Source: an uncultured Pseudomonadota bacterium
Lineage (GTDB): Bacteria > Pseudomonadota > Alphaproteobacteria > RF32 > CAG-239
DNA length: 64,000 nt
Reading direction: 5' to 3'
NCBI GenBank assembly: GCA_949300375.1
Contig: CASGEB010000001.1
Span: 12,468-76,467, forward strand
In this document: positions 1 through 10,915 of the stretch, one piece after another
How positions within the stretch are numbered: the stretch's first letter is position 1
Layout of the letters: every line of letters starts with the position of its first letter
Translations under genes and position numbers: made by a program
Notes under the pieces: generated by a model
The model's database searches: none
What the model saw: only the letters and a program-made list of their open reading frames with translations
What the model was told of the DNA's origin: nothing

Positions 1-1
1 C

Positions 2-1024
2 AAGACTGAAGCTGTTTTGCGCCGCGACGAAATTATTCCGCGGGAAAAATTCAAAAACGGCGACCGCGTCCGCGCCTATGTTCTGGATGTTCGCCGCGAA
101 ACCAAAGGCCCGCAGATTTTCTTGTCCCGCACTTGCCCGGAATTTATGGCCAAATTGTTTGCCTCTGAAGTTCCGGAAATTTATGACGGCATTGTCAAGA
201 TTGTCGCTGTTGCCCGCGATCCGGGGTCAAAAGCCAAAATCGCCGTCAAAACCGATGATATGACCATTGACGCTGTCGGCGCCTGTGTTGGCCTGCGCGG
301 TATTCGCGTTCAGGCGGTTGTAACAGAACTCCAGGGTGAAAAAATTGATATCGTTCCTTACAGCGAGGATAAAGCCCAATACATCGTCAGCGCTTTGGCG
401 CCGGCCGAGGTTACCAAAGTCGTTTTGGATGAAGAAAACAACCGCATTGAAGTCGTTGTGCCTCAGGAGCAGTTTTCGGTTGCCATCGGCCGCCGCGGTC
501 AAAATGTCAAATTGGCATCCCAGCTGCTGGGCTGCGACATTGACGTTCTGACGGAAGAACAAGAGCAGGAACGCCGTTCCAACGAAAATAAAGTCCGCTC
601 CCAGCGCTTTATGGAGGCTTTGGATGTCGACGAAATGATTGCCCATCTGCTGATTGCCGAAGGGTTCTCTACTGTTGATGAAATTGCTCTGGTTCCGCTG
701 AACGAACTCTCCGAAATCGAAGGTTTTGACGAAGACCTGGCGGCAGAATTGCAAAACCGCGCAAAAGCTTTTGTTGAAAAACGCAACCACGAATTTGAAG
801 AAAAAAGCAAATCTCTGGGACTGGACAAAGAAATTCAGGCAATCGAAGGCCTGGATCAGGATATGCTTTTGACATTGGCTTCAAAAGGTGTTAAAACCAT
901 TGACGACTTGGCCGATTTGGCTGCCGATGAACTGATTGAGATTTTGGGAGAAAATACTTTGACCGAAGTTGAAGCGGAAAAAATCATTATGGCTGCCCGG
1001 GCTCATTGGTTTGAAGAGGAATAA
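2..1024 (+). CDS. nusA: Transcription termination/antitermination factor NusA, C-terminal part (5' end lies upstream of the window)
   Basis: The reading frame runs in from the window edge. It has S1/KH-type motifs (KNGDRVRAYV, GACVGLRGIRVQAVV, IGRRGQNVKLASQL) and two acidic C-terminal HhH-like repeats. It shows nusA-ylxR-infB synteny and a TAATG overlap with the next gene. Confidence 0.95.
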   Translation, partial: KTEAVLRRDEIIPREKFKNGDRVRAYVLDVRRETKGPQIFLSRTCPEFMAKLFASEVPEIYDGIVKIVAVARDPGSKAKIAVKTDDMTIDAVGACVGLRGIRVQAVVTELQGEKIDIVPYSEDKAQYIVSALAPAEVTKVVLDEENNRIEVVVPQEQFSVAIGRRGQNVKLASQLLGCDIDVLTEEQEQERRSNENKVRSQRFMEALDVDEMIAHLLIAEGFSTVDEIALVPLNELSEIEGFDEDLAAELQNRAKAFVEKRNHEFEEKSKSLGLDKEIQAIEGLDQDMLLTLASKGVKTIDDLADLAADELIEILGENTLTEVEAEKIIMAARAHWFEEE

Positions 1025-1596
1025 TGGCAACCGCGAAAGAAATAAGAAAATGCATTGTCAGCGGTGAGGTGCTGGAGAAGGAACAACTTCTCCGCTTTGC
1101 CCTCACGCCTGACCGGCAGATTGTTCCGGATTTCAAAAAAAAGATTTCCGGAACCGGGATATATGTCAAAAACTCCCGGAAATCCCTCACCGTTGCAATT
1201 GAAAAAAACTTATTTTCCAAAGCCTGCAAAAAGAAAGTCAAAGTTGACGCCCAGTTGATCAGCCTGGTAGAAAACCTGCTAAAAAAACGCGGTTTGGAGC
1301 TGATTTCTCTTTCCCGCAAGGCCGGAATTTTGCTAACCGGATTTGAAAAAGTCAGTGAAGCGGTCAAAAAAAACAAAGCCGCTTTCATTCTGGAAGCAGC
1401 AGACGCCGGAACCGACGGGCATAATAAGATTTTATCTTTATCTCAGGGATTAGAAATTTTTAACTTATACAGTGTTGAGGAGTTAGACAAGGCATTAGAC
1501 AAAGTAAACACGGTTCACATAGCTTTCAAAAAAAGCGAAATGGCAAAATCCGTACATACGGAACTGGCCAGAATCAAAAATTTTCTAAACTCATAG
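1024..1596 (+). CDS. YlxR/DUF448-type RNA-binding protein with a C-terminal L7Ae-like half
   Basis: 190 aa lying between nusA and infB, the conserved ylxR position. The N-terminus is [13 protein letters not shown]-like. The start overlaps the nusA stop. Confidence 0.75.
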   Translation: MATAKEIRKCIVSGEVLEKEQLLRFALTPDRQIVPDFKKKISGTGIYVKNSRKSLTVAIEKNLFSKACKKKVKVDAQLISLVENLLKKRGLELISLSRKAGILLTGFEKVSEAVKKNKAAFILEAADAGTDGHNKILSLSQGLEIFNLYSVEELDKALDKVNTVHIAFKKSEMAKSVHTELARIKNFLNS

Positions 1597-1627
1597 AATA
1601 AAGACGCAAATACGGAGAAAAAATTAT

Positions 1628-4105
1628 ATGACAGAAACAGAAGATAATGCAAAAAGCAAACTCACATTATCCGGAAAACTCACGCTGAAATTGGGCGATA
1701 AAGCCCAAAATAAAAAAGGGGACGGCAAAAAAGTCATTCAAGTTGAAGTCCGCAAAAAAAGAATTATTTCCCCGGCCGGTACAACAGCTGCCGAACAGAA
1801 AGTAAAAATTGACGAGGCAACCGCCGCAAAATTAAAGCTGATTGCCGAGGCCAAAGAACACGAGGCGCAAAAACGGCGTGAAGAAGAAGAACGAGAAGCC
1901 CGCCGCCGCGAGGAAGAAGAAAAGAAGAAACAAGAACAGGCCGAAGCCGCAGCAAAAGCAGCCAGAGAAGCTTCCGCCCGCGCAGAAGAAACCGAAAAGA
2001 AAAAAGCCGCGCCGACCGAAAATGCCAAACCGGCACCGTCAGAGTCTTTCAAAAACAAAGAGAAAAAAGCCAAAGATTTTGACGATGATGAAGAAGATGA
2101 TGATGGAAATTATTATAAAAAAGGCAAAAAATCTTCTGCAGAAAAAAGTATGTCCCGCGAGAATATGTACGAGCAGGAACGCAAAAAAATCGTTAAACGC
2201 AGCTTTGAACCACAGCGCCGCAGCGGCAAGCTCAGCTTAAACAGCATTACCGACGAAGATGACGATGATTATGGATTCGGAGGCCCGCGCCGACGCTTTA
2301 AGAAAAAGCAGCCTAAACCGGTTGTTGTCCAGCAGCCGCAGGAAAAAATCATCAAAGAAGTAACCATTCCGGAAATCATCACGGTTCAGGAACTGGCTAA
2401 CCGTATGGCCGAAAAAAGCGCCGATGTTATCAAAAAGCTGATGTCCTTAGGCGTTATGGCCACCATCAATCAGCCGATTGACGCCGATACGGCTCAAATT
2501 GTCGTTGAAGAGTTTGGCCACAAGTTCAAACGCGTTGCCGAAAGCGACGTTGAGGTAGGGTTGACCGGACCGGAAGACAAACCGGAAGATTTAAAACCGC
2601 GTCCGCCGGTTGTTACGGTTATGGGACACGTTGACCACGGAAAAACCTCCCTGCTTGACGCCCTGCGCGAAACCAACGTTGCCGCCAAAGAGGCCGGCGG
2701 TATCACGCAGCATATCGGCGCTTATCAGATTCAGGTAGAAACCGGCGACAAAATCACCTTTATTGATACCCCGGGACACGAGGCCTTTTCCGAAATGCGT
2801 GCCCGCGGCGCCAAAGTAACCGACATTGTTGTTTTGGTCGTTGCCGCCAATGACGGCATTATGCCGCAGACGATTGAAGCCATCCGCCACGCACAGGCGG
2901 CCGAAGTTCCGATTGTCGTTGCCATCAATAAAATAGACCTGCCGGGAGCAGACCCGATGAAAGTAAAAACGGCATTGCTTAACCATGGGATTGCCGTTGA
3001 AGAACTTGGCGGCGAATGCCTTTGTGCCGAAGTTTCCGCCAAAAAACGCATTAACATTGACAAACTGGTGGAAGCCATCCTGCTGCAAGCAGAAATTCTG
3101 GATTTGAAAGCCAACCCGAACCGCAAAGCGGAAGGCACGGTCATTGAAGCCAAAATGGAAAAAGGCCGCGGCAGCGTTGCAACCGTTTTGGTTCAACGGG
3201 GAACCATGCACGTCGGCGATATCTGCATTGCTGGCAAAGAATGGGGACACGTCCGCGCAATGTTCAACGAAACCGGCCACAAGATATTTGAAGCCGGCCC
3301 TGCCACGCCGGTTGAAGTACTTGGCTTGCAGGGTACGCCGTCTGCCGGTGATGATTTTATCATTGTCAATGATGAAACTCAGGCCAAAGAAGTTACCAAT
3401 TACCGCATCCGCAAAGAACGCGAAGCTAAACTGGTAAAAAGCGCGAAATCGGCAATGGAACAAATGCTCGACAAGATTAAGTCCGGCGAAGTCAAACACC
3501 TTCCTGTCATCATCAAAGCCGATGTCCAGGGTTCTATTGAAGCGATTGAAGGCACCATCAAAAAACTGTCCAATGACGAGGTTAGCGTCCAGGTTCTGCA
3601 CTCTGCCGTCGGCCCGATTTCAGAATCCGATATTTCTCTGGCCAAAGCATCCAATGCATTTATTATCGGGTTCAATGTCCGTGCCAATCCGCAGGCTCGC
3701 GATATGGCGCGCCGCGACGGCGTAGACATTCGTTATTACTCGATTATTTACGATGTTGCCGATGACGTTAAAAAAGGTCTGGAAGGAATGCTCTCTCCAG
3801 AACTCAAAGAAAAAATCCTGGGCTACGCCGAAATCAGGGAAGTTTATAACATTACCGGCGTTGGCAAAGTCGCCGGCTGTATGGTTACCGAAGGTATGGT
3901 ACGCCGCGGCGCCAAAATCAGGCTGCTGCGTGACAACGTTGTAATCCATGACGGCAGCCTAGGTCAGCTCAAACGTTTCAAAGACGACGTAAAAGAAGTC
4001 AAAGAAGGGTATGAATGCGGTATGAGCTTTGAAAATTACAACGACATTCAAAAAGGAGACTTTATTGAATGTTATGAAATTGAAGAAATCGCTGCAACAT
4101 TATAA
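1628..4105 (+). CDS. infB: Translation initiation factor IF-2
   Basis: 825 aa with GTPase motifs [17 protein letters not shown] and NKID. The N-terminal region is K/E/A-rich low-complexity. An SD (ggaga) lies upstream of the ATG. Confidence 0.97.
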   Translation: MTETEDNAKSKLTLSGKLTLKLGDKAQNKKGDGKKVIQVEVRKKRIISPAGTTAAEQKVKIDEATAAKLKLIAEAKEHEAQKRREEEEREARRREEEEKKKQEQAEAAAKAAREASARAEETEKKKAAPTENAKPAPSESFKNKEKKAKDFDDDEEDDDGNYYKKGKKSSAEKSMSRENMYEQERKKIVKRSFEPQRRSGKLSLNSITDEDDDDYGFGGPRRRFKKKQPKPVVVQQPQEKIIKEVTIPEIITVQELANRMAEKSADVIKKLMSLGVMATINQPIDADTAQIVVEEFGHKFKRVAESDVEVGLTGPEDKPEDLKPRPPVVTVMGHVDHGKTSLLDALRETNVAAKEAGGITQHIGAYQIQVETGDKITFIDTPGHEAFSEMRARGAKVTDIVVLVVAANDGIMPQTIEAIRHAQAAEVPIVVAINKIDLPGADPMKVKTALLNHGIAVEELGGECLCAEVSAKKRINIDKLVEAILLQAEILDLKANPNRKAEGTVIEAKMEKGRGSVATVLVQRGTMHVGDICIAGKEWGHVRAMFNETGHKIFEAGPATPVEVLGLQGTPSAGDDFIIVNDETQAKEVTNYRIRKEREAKLVKSAKSAMEQMLDKIKSGEVKHLPVIIKADVQGSIEAIEGTIKKLSNDEVSVQVLHSAVGPISESDISLAKASNAFIIGFNVRANPQARDMARRDGVDIRYYSIIYDVADDVKKGLEGMLSPELKEKILGYAEIREVYNITGVGKVAGCMVTEGMVRRGAKIRLLRDNVVIHDGSLGQLKRFKDDVKEVKEGYECGMSFENYNDIQKGDFIECYEIEEIAATL

Positions 4106-4123
4106 CCGGCTGTTTAAATAGTC

Positions 4124-4156
4124 AAAAGCCTCTCTTTTCAGAGAGGCTTTTCTTTT
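4124..4156 (+). terminator. Rho-independent terminator after infB
   Basis: An 11-bp perfect stem aaaagcctctc/gagaggctttt with a 6-nt loop, followed by cttttaatc. Confidence 0.8.
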
Positions 4157-4344
4157 AATCAATCACAAACAACATTATTTCTTTATATTTCGCAATCAGA
4201 TTTTGCAAATTTTTCCGGGCAATAAATTTTAGGAGCGTGATTATAACAGCCTTTTTTTATTTGACAAGTTTTCAATCTCTATTGAGTTTTAAGATAAAAA
4301 ACTCTATATAATATATAGTTTGACTATTATGTTAAGGAATTGAA

Positions 4345-6210
4345 ATGAAATCAGGAAGAAACCTCATTATCTGGCTGGCAATATTCGTGGCGCTGTCGTT
4401 GGTTATGAATATTTTCAACGCCTCTCAGCAGATAAAAGATTATAACAAAGTCGCATTCTCCGACTTCATGAACTATGCCGATAACAAACAATTGTCTGAT
4501 ATTATGGTAGAAGGGCCGAATATTACCGGAACAACCACAAACGGCGAAAAATTTACGACTTATGCCCCTTATGATCCGACAATGATTGAAACCATCCGCA
4601 AAAGCGGCGCAAAGGTCGAGGCAAAACCGGTCGACACGTCGGCCAACACCTTTTGGGGCGTCCTGATTTCATGGTTTCCGATGATTCTGCTTATCGGCGT
4701 CTGGATTTTCTTTATGCGTCAGGCCAACTCCGGCAATAACAAAGCCATGAGTTTCGGAAAATCGCGCGCCCGGCTGATTGAGAACACCAAAAAAGTAACT
4801 TTTGCCGATGTTGCCGGCTGTGATGAGGCCAAAGAAGAACTGGAAGAAGTCATTGAGTTTTTAAAAGAACCGCAGAAATTTCAGCGTCTGGGAGGAAAAA
4901 TCCCCAAAGGCGTATTGCTCGTCGGCCCTCCGGGAACAGGTAAAACCCTGTTGGCAAAAGCCGTTGCCGGTGAAGCAAATGTGCCGTTTTTCTCAATCTC
5001 CGGTTCTGACTTTGTCGAAATGTTTGTCGGCGTCGGCGCTTCCCGCGTGCGTGATATGTTCCAACAGGCCAAAAAGAACTCTCCCTGCCTGCTCTTTATT
5101 GATGAGATTGATGCCGTCGGCCGCCACCGCGGAGCCGGACTGGGCGGTGGAAACGATGAACGCGAGCAAACGTTAAACCAGCTGCTGGTTGAAATGGACG
5201 GTTTTGAAGCCAACGAAAACGTCATCGTCATTGCAGCCACCAACCGGCCGGATGTCTTGGATCCTGCCTTGCTGCGTCCCGGACGATTTGACCGCCAGGT
5301 AACGGTAACCAATCCTGACAAAAAAGGGCGGGAAGAAATCCTGAACGTTCATGTCAAAAAAGTTCCTCTTGCCAAAGACGTCAATATTTCGGTCATTGCC
5401 CGCGGAACGCCGGGTTTCTCCGGTGCCGATCTGGCAAATCTGGTCAACGAGGCAGCTCTGCTGGCTGCCCGCAAAAACAAGCGGAAAGTAACCTCCAAAG
5501 ATTTTGACGAGGCCAAAGACAAGGTTTTGATGGGCGCCGAAAAGAAATCAATGGCTATGGACGAACAGGAGAAAAAACTGACAGCCTACCACGAGGCCGG
5601 GCATGCCATTTGTTCGCTGTATGTTAAAGAAACCGACCCAATTCATAAAGCCACAATTATCCCGCGCGGCCGGGCTTTAGGTATGGTTCAGCAATTGCCG
5701 GAAAAAGACCAGTATTCTTATTCCCGGCTGAAGATGCTCTCCCGTTTGGTCATCATGATGGGAGGACGTGTCGCCGAGGAGCTAAAGTTCGGCCACAATG
5801 CCGTTACTTCCGGAGCATCTTCCGACATTGCCGCAGCCACCAATCTGGCACGTTCAATGGTAACGGAATGGGGAATGAGCGACCTGCTCGGCCCGGTTCT
5901 TTACGCCGAAAACTCCGGCGAGGTTTTCTTGGGAAAATCCGTTACCCAAAATAAAAACATCAGCGAAGAAACTGCCCGGCTGGTCGATTCCGAAATCAAA
6001 CGTATGGTAACGGAAGGATACGAAAAAGCCAAAAAGCTTCTTCAAAATAAAGAAAAAGAGTGGGAACTGCTGGCTCAGGCATTAATAGAGTACGAGACGC
6101 TTACTGGTGATGAAATCAAAAAAGTCATTGCCGGAGAAAAGCTGGATAAAAGCGACGAAGGGCCGGTAAGCGAAGAAAAACGAACTCATTCTTCAGTTCC
6201 GGAAGTTTAA
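4345..6210 (+). CDS. ftsH: ATP-dependent zinc metalloprotease FtsH
   Basis: 621 aa with two N-terminal TM segments, Walker A GPPGTGKT, the AAA second region of homology, and the zinc motif HEAGHA. Confidence 0.97.
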   Translation: MKSGRNLIIWLAIFVALSLVMNIFNASQQIKDYNKVAFSDFMNYADNKQLSDIMVEGPNITGTTTNGEKFTTYAPYDPTMIETIRKSGAKVEAKPVDTSANTFWGVLISWFPMILLIGVWIFFMRQANSGNNKAMSFGKSRARLIENTKKVTFADVAGCDEAKEELEEVIEFLKEPQKFQRLGGKIPKGVLLVGPPGTGKTLLAKAVAGEANVPFFSISGSDFVEMFVGVGASRVRDMFQQAKKNSPCLLFIDEIDAVGRHRGAGLGGGNDEREQTLNQLLVEMDGFEANENVIVIAATNRPDVLDPALLRPGRFDRQVTVTNPDKKGREEILNVHVKKVPLAKDVNISVIARGTPGFSGADLANLVNEAALLAARKNKRKVTSKDFDEAKDKVLMGAEKKSMAMDEQEKKLTAYHEAGHAICSLYVKETDPIHKATIIPRGRALGMVQQLPEKDQYSYSRLKMLSRLVIMMGGRVAEELKFGHNAVTSGASSDIAAATNLARSMVTEWGMSDLLGPVLYAENSGEVFLGKSVTQNKNISEETARLVDSEIKRMVTEGYEKAKKLLQNKEKEWELLAQALIEYETLTGDEIKKVIAGEKLDKSDEGPVSEEKRTHSSVPEV

Positions 6211-6212
6211 AC

Positions 6213-6269
6213 AAAATCCCCGGGTTAATTGTCCACAACAACAGAACAATTAAAACCCGGGGATTTTTT
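6213..6269. terminator. Long hairpin between convergent ftsH and the HAD-like gene (bidirectional terminator)
   Basis: aaaatccccgggttaattgt ... acaattaaaacccggggatttt, with A/T runs on both sides. Confidence 0.75.
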
Positions 6270-6283
6270 AATCAATAATCACA

Positions 6284-6994
6284 CTACTTCTGCGTTGTAT
6301 TTTTATACAGCCATTCTTTAAACTCGACCACATCCTTAACTTCAGGAATCCAATCAAGTTCTTTTGGCAAATCCGTTGTAAACTCGCAACGCATTCTCAC
6401 AGGATGCGCCCCGCTGTTAATCGCCGCATACTGATTATAAATACGATCATCCACCAAAACCGTTTCTTCCGCTTTCAGACCGTACCGTTTATAACAATCG
6501 CGCAACATATCTTCTTTGGCTGTATCATGCATAAATTTTCCATGCTGCACACATTCAATTGTTAAAAAATCAGTAACATCAGCCAATAAAGTATTAAGAA
6601 ATTTCTTTTTTGTTTCCACGTCAAAGGTCGCAGACATTGTAAACTGCCGATACCCTTTCTGATTTAACTCTTTAAGAACTTCAACAACATTTGGATATAA
6701 TGGCCGATTGCAGAAAAACTCAGGCGAATGGCAAAAGTCATAATCAAGCTCTTCCCCTAATTCAGGGTGGGTTTTAAGCTCTAACGCCCCATACTTCGGG
6801 CTGACCGGCAGAACTTTCGGAAGATCTTCCCATTGAATATTTCCATATTTGGGCGCATATTTCGGATGCTTGGTCAAAAAATTATAATAAGCAAAATTCA
6901 AATTCGCCAATACCCCGTCAACATCCCAGAAAATGTTTTTAATCTTCACGTTCGCTCCAATCCCTTTTTCACTAGGCAACAAAGTTTTTTCCAT
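6284..6994 (-). CDS. HAD-superfamily hydrolase, NT5C-like (putative 5'(3')-deoxyribonucleotidase)
   Basis: HAD motif I, FWDVDGVLA, lies near the N-terminus and the size is about 220-236 aa. An alternative GTG start at 6949 has a better GGAG SD than the ATG at 6994. Confidence 0.55.
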   Translation of the reverse strand: MEKTLLPSEKGIGANVKIKNIFWDVDGVLANLNFAYYNFLTKHPKYAPKYGNIQWEDLPKVLPVSPKYGALELKTHPELGEELDYDFCHSPEFFCNRPLYPNVVEVLKELNQKGYRQFTMSATFDVETKKKFLNTLLADVTDFLTIECVQHGKFMHDTAKEDMLRDCYKRYGLKAEETVLVDDRIYNQYAAINSGAHPVRMRCEFTTDLPKELDWIPEVKDVVEFKEWLYKNTTQK

Positions 6995-7065
6995 TTTATC
7001 TTAATTTAATTTGTTAATAATAAAAATTCCCTAACCAATATACTACAAAATCAACCTGTTTACAA

Positions 7066-7098
7066 GCAAAAAAAGAGCCTCCGGCAGGGAGGCTCTTT
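7066..7098 (-). terminator. Rho-independent terminator after trxA
   Basis: Stem agagcctcc/ggaggctct with loop ggcag. On the minus strand it is followed by a 7-nt T run. Confidence 0.8.
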
Positions 7099-7113
7099 AT
7101 ATAAAAAAATTAT

Positions 7114-7428
7114 TTAAACGTGAGAAGAAATCCAAGATTCCAAAACCGCTTTGGAATTCAAACCAACTTTTGTATCAATCTGTTTACCGTCTTTAAACAA
7201 GAACAGCGTCGGAATACTGCGGATTCCATATTGGGCAGCCGTATTCGGAGCTTCATCTACATTCATTTTGCAGATTTTCACTTTATCGCCCATAGATTTG
7301 GAAACCTCTTCCAAAATCGGGCCAAGCTGACGGCAGGGGCCGCACCACTCCGCCCAAAAATCAACAAGTACCAGACCTTTTGATTTTAACACTTCCGCAT
7401 CAAACTGACTGTCGACAATAGATTGCAT
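7114..7428 (-). CDS. trxA: Thioredoxin
   Basis: 104 aa with the WCGPC active site and an SD aaggaaag upstream. Confidence 0.95.
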   Translation of the reverse strand: MQSIVDSQFDAEVLKSKGLVLVDFWAEWCGPCRQLGPILEEVSKSMGDKVKICKMNVDEAPNTAAQYGIRSIPTLFLFKDGKQIDTKVGLNSKAVLESWISSHV

Positions 7429-7519
7429 TACACTTTCCTTTCTTCAATATAATTTTGTAATGTTTCTAATATAGTAAATCTTTTTTTAATATTAAAGAGG
7501 AATTGCACAAAATTCAAAC

Positions 7520-10500
7520 TTATTCTTCCACCGCCATCAAATCCGCCGTATCTGTCCACAAAATCAGCGGAACAATTTCTTTTCCGGGATAAATTTTTGA
7601 CAATAACGCCTTATAAGCAGCCATCTGTTTCCGATAAGCCGACGGAATGTCTTTCGGCGACTTGGCTGCCGGACGATTCGTTTTATAATCCACCAGCAAA
7701 ACTCTGTCTTTTTCAACGGCCAACCGGTCTATCTGTCCTGAAATAATCTTGCCGTCTGCCATTCCCATAATCGGAACCTCAGCTTTTGACGATGAAGAAA
7801 AAACAGCCGAAAATTTGGGTGTTTCCAAAAGGGAGGAAACTTCATCAACAATTCGCTCTTTCTCCGGCTGAGTTAAATCAGGCGCATTTTTTTCCAAATA
7901 CTCAAAAATAACATTCTTGCCGTCCTGCGCATAAACATCCGGCAAAAACTGCAACAGCTTATGAATAATCAAACCCCGGCGATACCGGCTCCGGCCGTGT
8001 TTTCCTATCGGCGAAGACAAAGCCGGTTCATCTTCGTCATCAAGTTTCGACGGGCTCAACGGTTTTGCCAAAATATTTTCTGTTTTTGGTTTTTCTTTCA
8101 ACCACAACGCCGTACAATCTTCATAAACCGGCCTGTCATCCGGCTTTTTAGGCTTAGGTTCAAAATCTTGTCCGCATTCATAAACCAGAATATCATTATC
8201 CGTCGGCGTTCCGATTTCTTTCAAAGAACGTTCACAAATTTTATACCACGATTCCTCATGCGGCTTTGAACGCTCGCTGTTATAATAGCCGCAAATAATC
8301 AGCAAATCTTCCGCACGGGTCAACGCCACATACAAAAGGCGGCGATATTCCTGTAAAGCCTTTTCCTTTTCTATCTCTTTAATCTTCCGGCAGGTATCGT
8401 CATAATCCTGTGAAGACAGCGGATAATAAAACAAATCGTCCCACAAAATGCCGCTTTCGTTTTTAACGCTCACGACGCGAACCGTATCAGGAAGAATGAC
8501 AATCGGCGCCTGCAGCCCCTTTGATCCATGAACCGTCATAATCCGCACGGCATCAGCCTCGCTTTGCTCCAGCTCGCGTTTGATTTCAACTTCATCACTG
8601 CTTATCCAGTCAATAAACCCTTGCAAAGTCGGAATATGTTCTTTCTCATAATCTATCGCCAGATTCACAAACTCGTCTATACCGTCTTCCGCCTCATATC
8701 CGAGCCTGGCCACAAATTTTCTCCGACCGTTTAAGCCGTTTAACACTTCGGCATAAATCTCAAACGGCCGCATAAAACCGGCTTTTGAACTAAGATTTTG
8801 CAAAACAAGGTAAGCCTCGGCATATTCCGGTTCATCTTTCAGCCGGCTCCAAAGGCTGACCCCTTTTCCCCGTTCGCAGCACAGTTTTTCCAAATCCTTA
8901 TCATCCAAACCGAACAACGGGGATTTTAAAACTTCTGCCAAAGTCAGATCATCTGTCGGCAGCAGAAGAAACTTGCCGAGAGAAACCAAATCCTGCACGG
9001 CAATCTGCTCCAACAGCTTAATCTTATCAACTCCGGCAATGCTGACATCGGCATTTTTACAGGCTCTGACCAGTTCTTCAACAAAATTGTTGCGGCGCTG
9101 CACCAGAATCATAAAATCTTTGTATCTGACCGGACGTTTCTGCGACTTTAGTTCTTGCCGGCTTTCCACCATTTTTTTAATTCGCTCGGCAATCTGCCTG
9201 GCCAAACGGGAACTGGTCGATTCAACACTGATGCGTTCCATGGAAGGCAGCCAGACATCGCGGTTTTCGCCTTCTTCCGGTTCGGTCAGCGGCCAAAGTT
9301 CAACCCTGCCGGCCTCGCCCGCCCGAAAAGGAATATGCGTAATATCTTCACCCTCGTCCGCCACGCCGTCCCGCCCGGGAGAATTGCGGAAAATATGATT
9401 GACCGTTTCTAAAACCGCCGCCGTTGACCGGAAAGAAACCTCCAGATTTACCTTATCAAAGCCTCCCGGAATTTCACGGTTTACCGCTTCGGAAAAATAT
9501 GTCTGCATCTCGGCAAAACCTTTGGGATCAGCGCCCTGAAAACTATAAATCGACTGCTTTTTATCCCCGACGGCAAACACCGTTTTCTGAACATTTCCGG
9601 CTCCGGCATCATCAAAAAACTGTTCCGTCAGCGCCCGGATAATAGCCCATTGATCCGGCGAAGTATCTTGCGCTTCGTCAATCAAAATATTGTCAATACC
9701 GCCGTCCAGCTTAAACATCACCCATTGCGGCACTCCTTTATTCTCCAGCAGCCGCCGGGCGGTAACAATAAGATCTTCATAATCCATCTTGGAACGGACG
9801 CGTTTAAAATGTGTATAAGCCGAAATCAAATCTTCCGCCAAAAACAAAATCGCTTTCGTACTGGAAGCCAGCCGTACGGCTGCCATCTTTTTTTTAAGCC
9901 CGTCAAGCCTGTCCGCCTCGGCAAAAAAGACATCCTCAAACTCCGGATCTGCCGCCAAAACCGCTTTTGTCGCCGCTTTTGCCGGAATGGTTCCGTCTTT
10001 GTTAAAAAAGCATCCGGCATACGCGTCAAAGTCGTCTTCCAACAACGGGCGCTCTAATAATCCGGCCAAAATTTCGGCTTTTTCTTTTTCCTTTATCCCG
10101 CCTGCAGCCCAACTATTCATTAATCGGACGGCTTTATCGCGGTCAAAACCTGCGATAAATTCTCTCTTAACCAATTCCTCGCTGCAATCCTCCGGCAGAT
10201 TAAACCTTGTCATCAATTCTGCAAAAACATTTTCCGCATTTCTATAGCGCTCAAACATTTGGGCAATTTTATTCCGGTTCGCCGCAATCGTATTCATAAT
10301 CTCCGGAAAAGAAAATTCGCTGACCTTCCGGGTCAAAAAGCTCAACGCCTGTCCGGCGCAGCTGTCCGGTTCCTCCTCGATTTTTTTCAGCAATTGAGAC
10401 TGAATGTCTGCCAGCGCTTCCGCCGCTGCGCGGTCGTCCATCACCTCAAAATAAGGAGAAATATGAGCCTCCAGCGGAAAACGTTTCAAAATTTCCTGGC

Positions 10501-10915
10501 AAAAAGAATGAATGGTCTGAATTTTCATCCCGCCCGGCGTATCCAGCAAAACGGCAAACAATCGGCGGGCGGAAGCTTCCAGTTTTTCAAGTTTTTCTTT
10601 ATCATCCGGCAGCCGGCCGAGTAAAGCCTCCAATTCCTCAAAAAGCTCTTTCTGCGGCATAACCGCCCACTTGCTCAATCTTTCGGAAATACGCGAACTC
10701 ATTTCGACTGCCGCCGCTTTGGTATAAGTCAGGCACAATATCCGCCCCGGATTCCCGCCGCCCAGCAAAATACGCAAAACCCGGTCGGAAAGCACTTTGG
10801 TCTTTCCTGTACCGGCCGAAGCCTGCACCCAGACAGACTTTTGCGGATTCGCCGCCCGGCGCTGCTGTTCGGTTGCCCATCTGCCGCGATTTTTTCTTTC
10901 CTGCTCAATCCTCAT
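7520..10915 (-). CDS. addA: Double-strand break repair helicase AddA (alphaproteobacterial type; UvrD-like helicase plus C-terminal PD-(D/E)xK nuclease)
   Basis: 1131 aa with Walker A ASAGTGKT, UvrD helicase motifs and a C-terminal nuclease motif (IDRLAV..LLVDYKT). It overlaps addB by 11 nt and trxA lies downstream, as is typical in alphaproteobacteria. Confidence 0.9.
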   Translation of the reverse strand: MRIEQERKNRGRWATEQQRRAANPQKSVWVQASAGTGKTKVLSDRVLRILLGGGNPGRILCLTYTKAAAVEMSSRISERLSKWAVMPQKELFEELEALLGRLPDDKEKLEKLEASARRLFAVLLDTPGGMKIQTIHSFCQEILKRFPLEAHISPYFEVMDDRAAAEALADIQSQLLKKIEEEPDSCAGQALSFLTRKVSEFSFPEIMNTIAANRNKIAQMFERYRNAENVFAELMTRFNLPEDCSEELVKREFIAGFDRDKAVRLMNSWAAGGIKEKEKAEILAGLLERPLLEDDFDAYAGCFFNKDGTIPAKAATKAVLAADPEFEDVFFAEADRLDGLKKKMAAVRLASSTKAILFLAEDLISAYTHFKRVRSKMDYEDLIVTARRLLENKGVPQWVMFKLDGGIDNILIDEAQDTSPDQWAIIRALTEQFFDDAGAGNVQKTVFAVGDKKQSIYSFQGADPKGFAEMQTYFSEAVNREIPGGFDKVNLEVSFRSTAAVLETVNHIFRNSPGRDGVADEGEDITHIPFRAGEAGRVELWPLTEPEEGENRDVWLPSMERISVESTSSRLARQIAERIKKMVESRQELKSQKRPVRYKDFMILVQRRNNFVEELVRACKNADVSIAGVDKIKLLEQIAVQDLVSLGKFLLLPTDDLTLAEVLKSPLFGLDDKDLEKLCCERGKGVSLWSRLKDEPEYAEAYLVLQNLSSKAGFMRPFEIYAEVLNGLNGRRKFVARLGYEAEDGIDEFVNLAIDYEKEHIPTLQGFIDWISSDEVEIKRELEQSEADAVRIMTVHGSKGLQAPIVILPDTVRVVSVKNESGILWDDLFYYPLSSQDYDDTCRKIKEIEKEKALQEYRRLLYVALTRAEDLLIICGYYNSERSKPHEESWYKICERSLKEIGTPTDNDILVYECGQDFEPKPKKPDDRPVYEDCTALWLKEKPKTENILAKPLSPSKLDDEDEPALSSPIGKHGRSRYRRGLIIHKLLQFLPDVYAQDGKNVIFEYLEKNAPDLTQPEKERIVDEVSSLLETPKFSAVFSSSSKAEVPIMGMADGKIISGQIDRLAVEKDRVLLVDYKTNRPAAKSPKDIPSAYRKQMAAYKALLSKIYPGKEIVPLILWTDTADLMAVEE

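Noticed and set aside
1840-2290. A repetitive K/E/A/R-rich stretch that might be a nucleotide repeat or an alternative-frame gene (ORFs 1842-2240 and 1738-2073).
   Set aside because: It is the usual low-complexity N-terminal region of IF-2. The other frames are by-products of the biased composition.
2591-3601. A long antisense ORF (336 aa) inside infB. Similar long antisense ORFs lie at 10797-11633, 19776-20522, 20532-21356, 21573-22145, 26367-26897, 54932-55828 and 62818-63390.
   Set aside because: In each case the opposite strand encodes a strongly conserved protein with clear motifs. The antisense translations are low-complexity (R/F/N/G-rich) and lack SD sequences.
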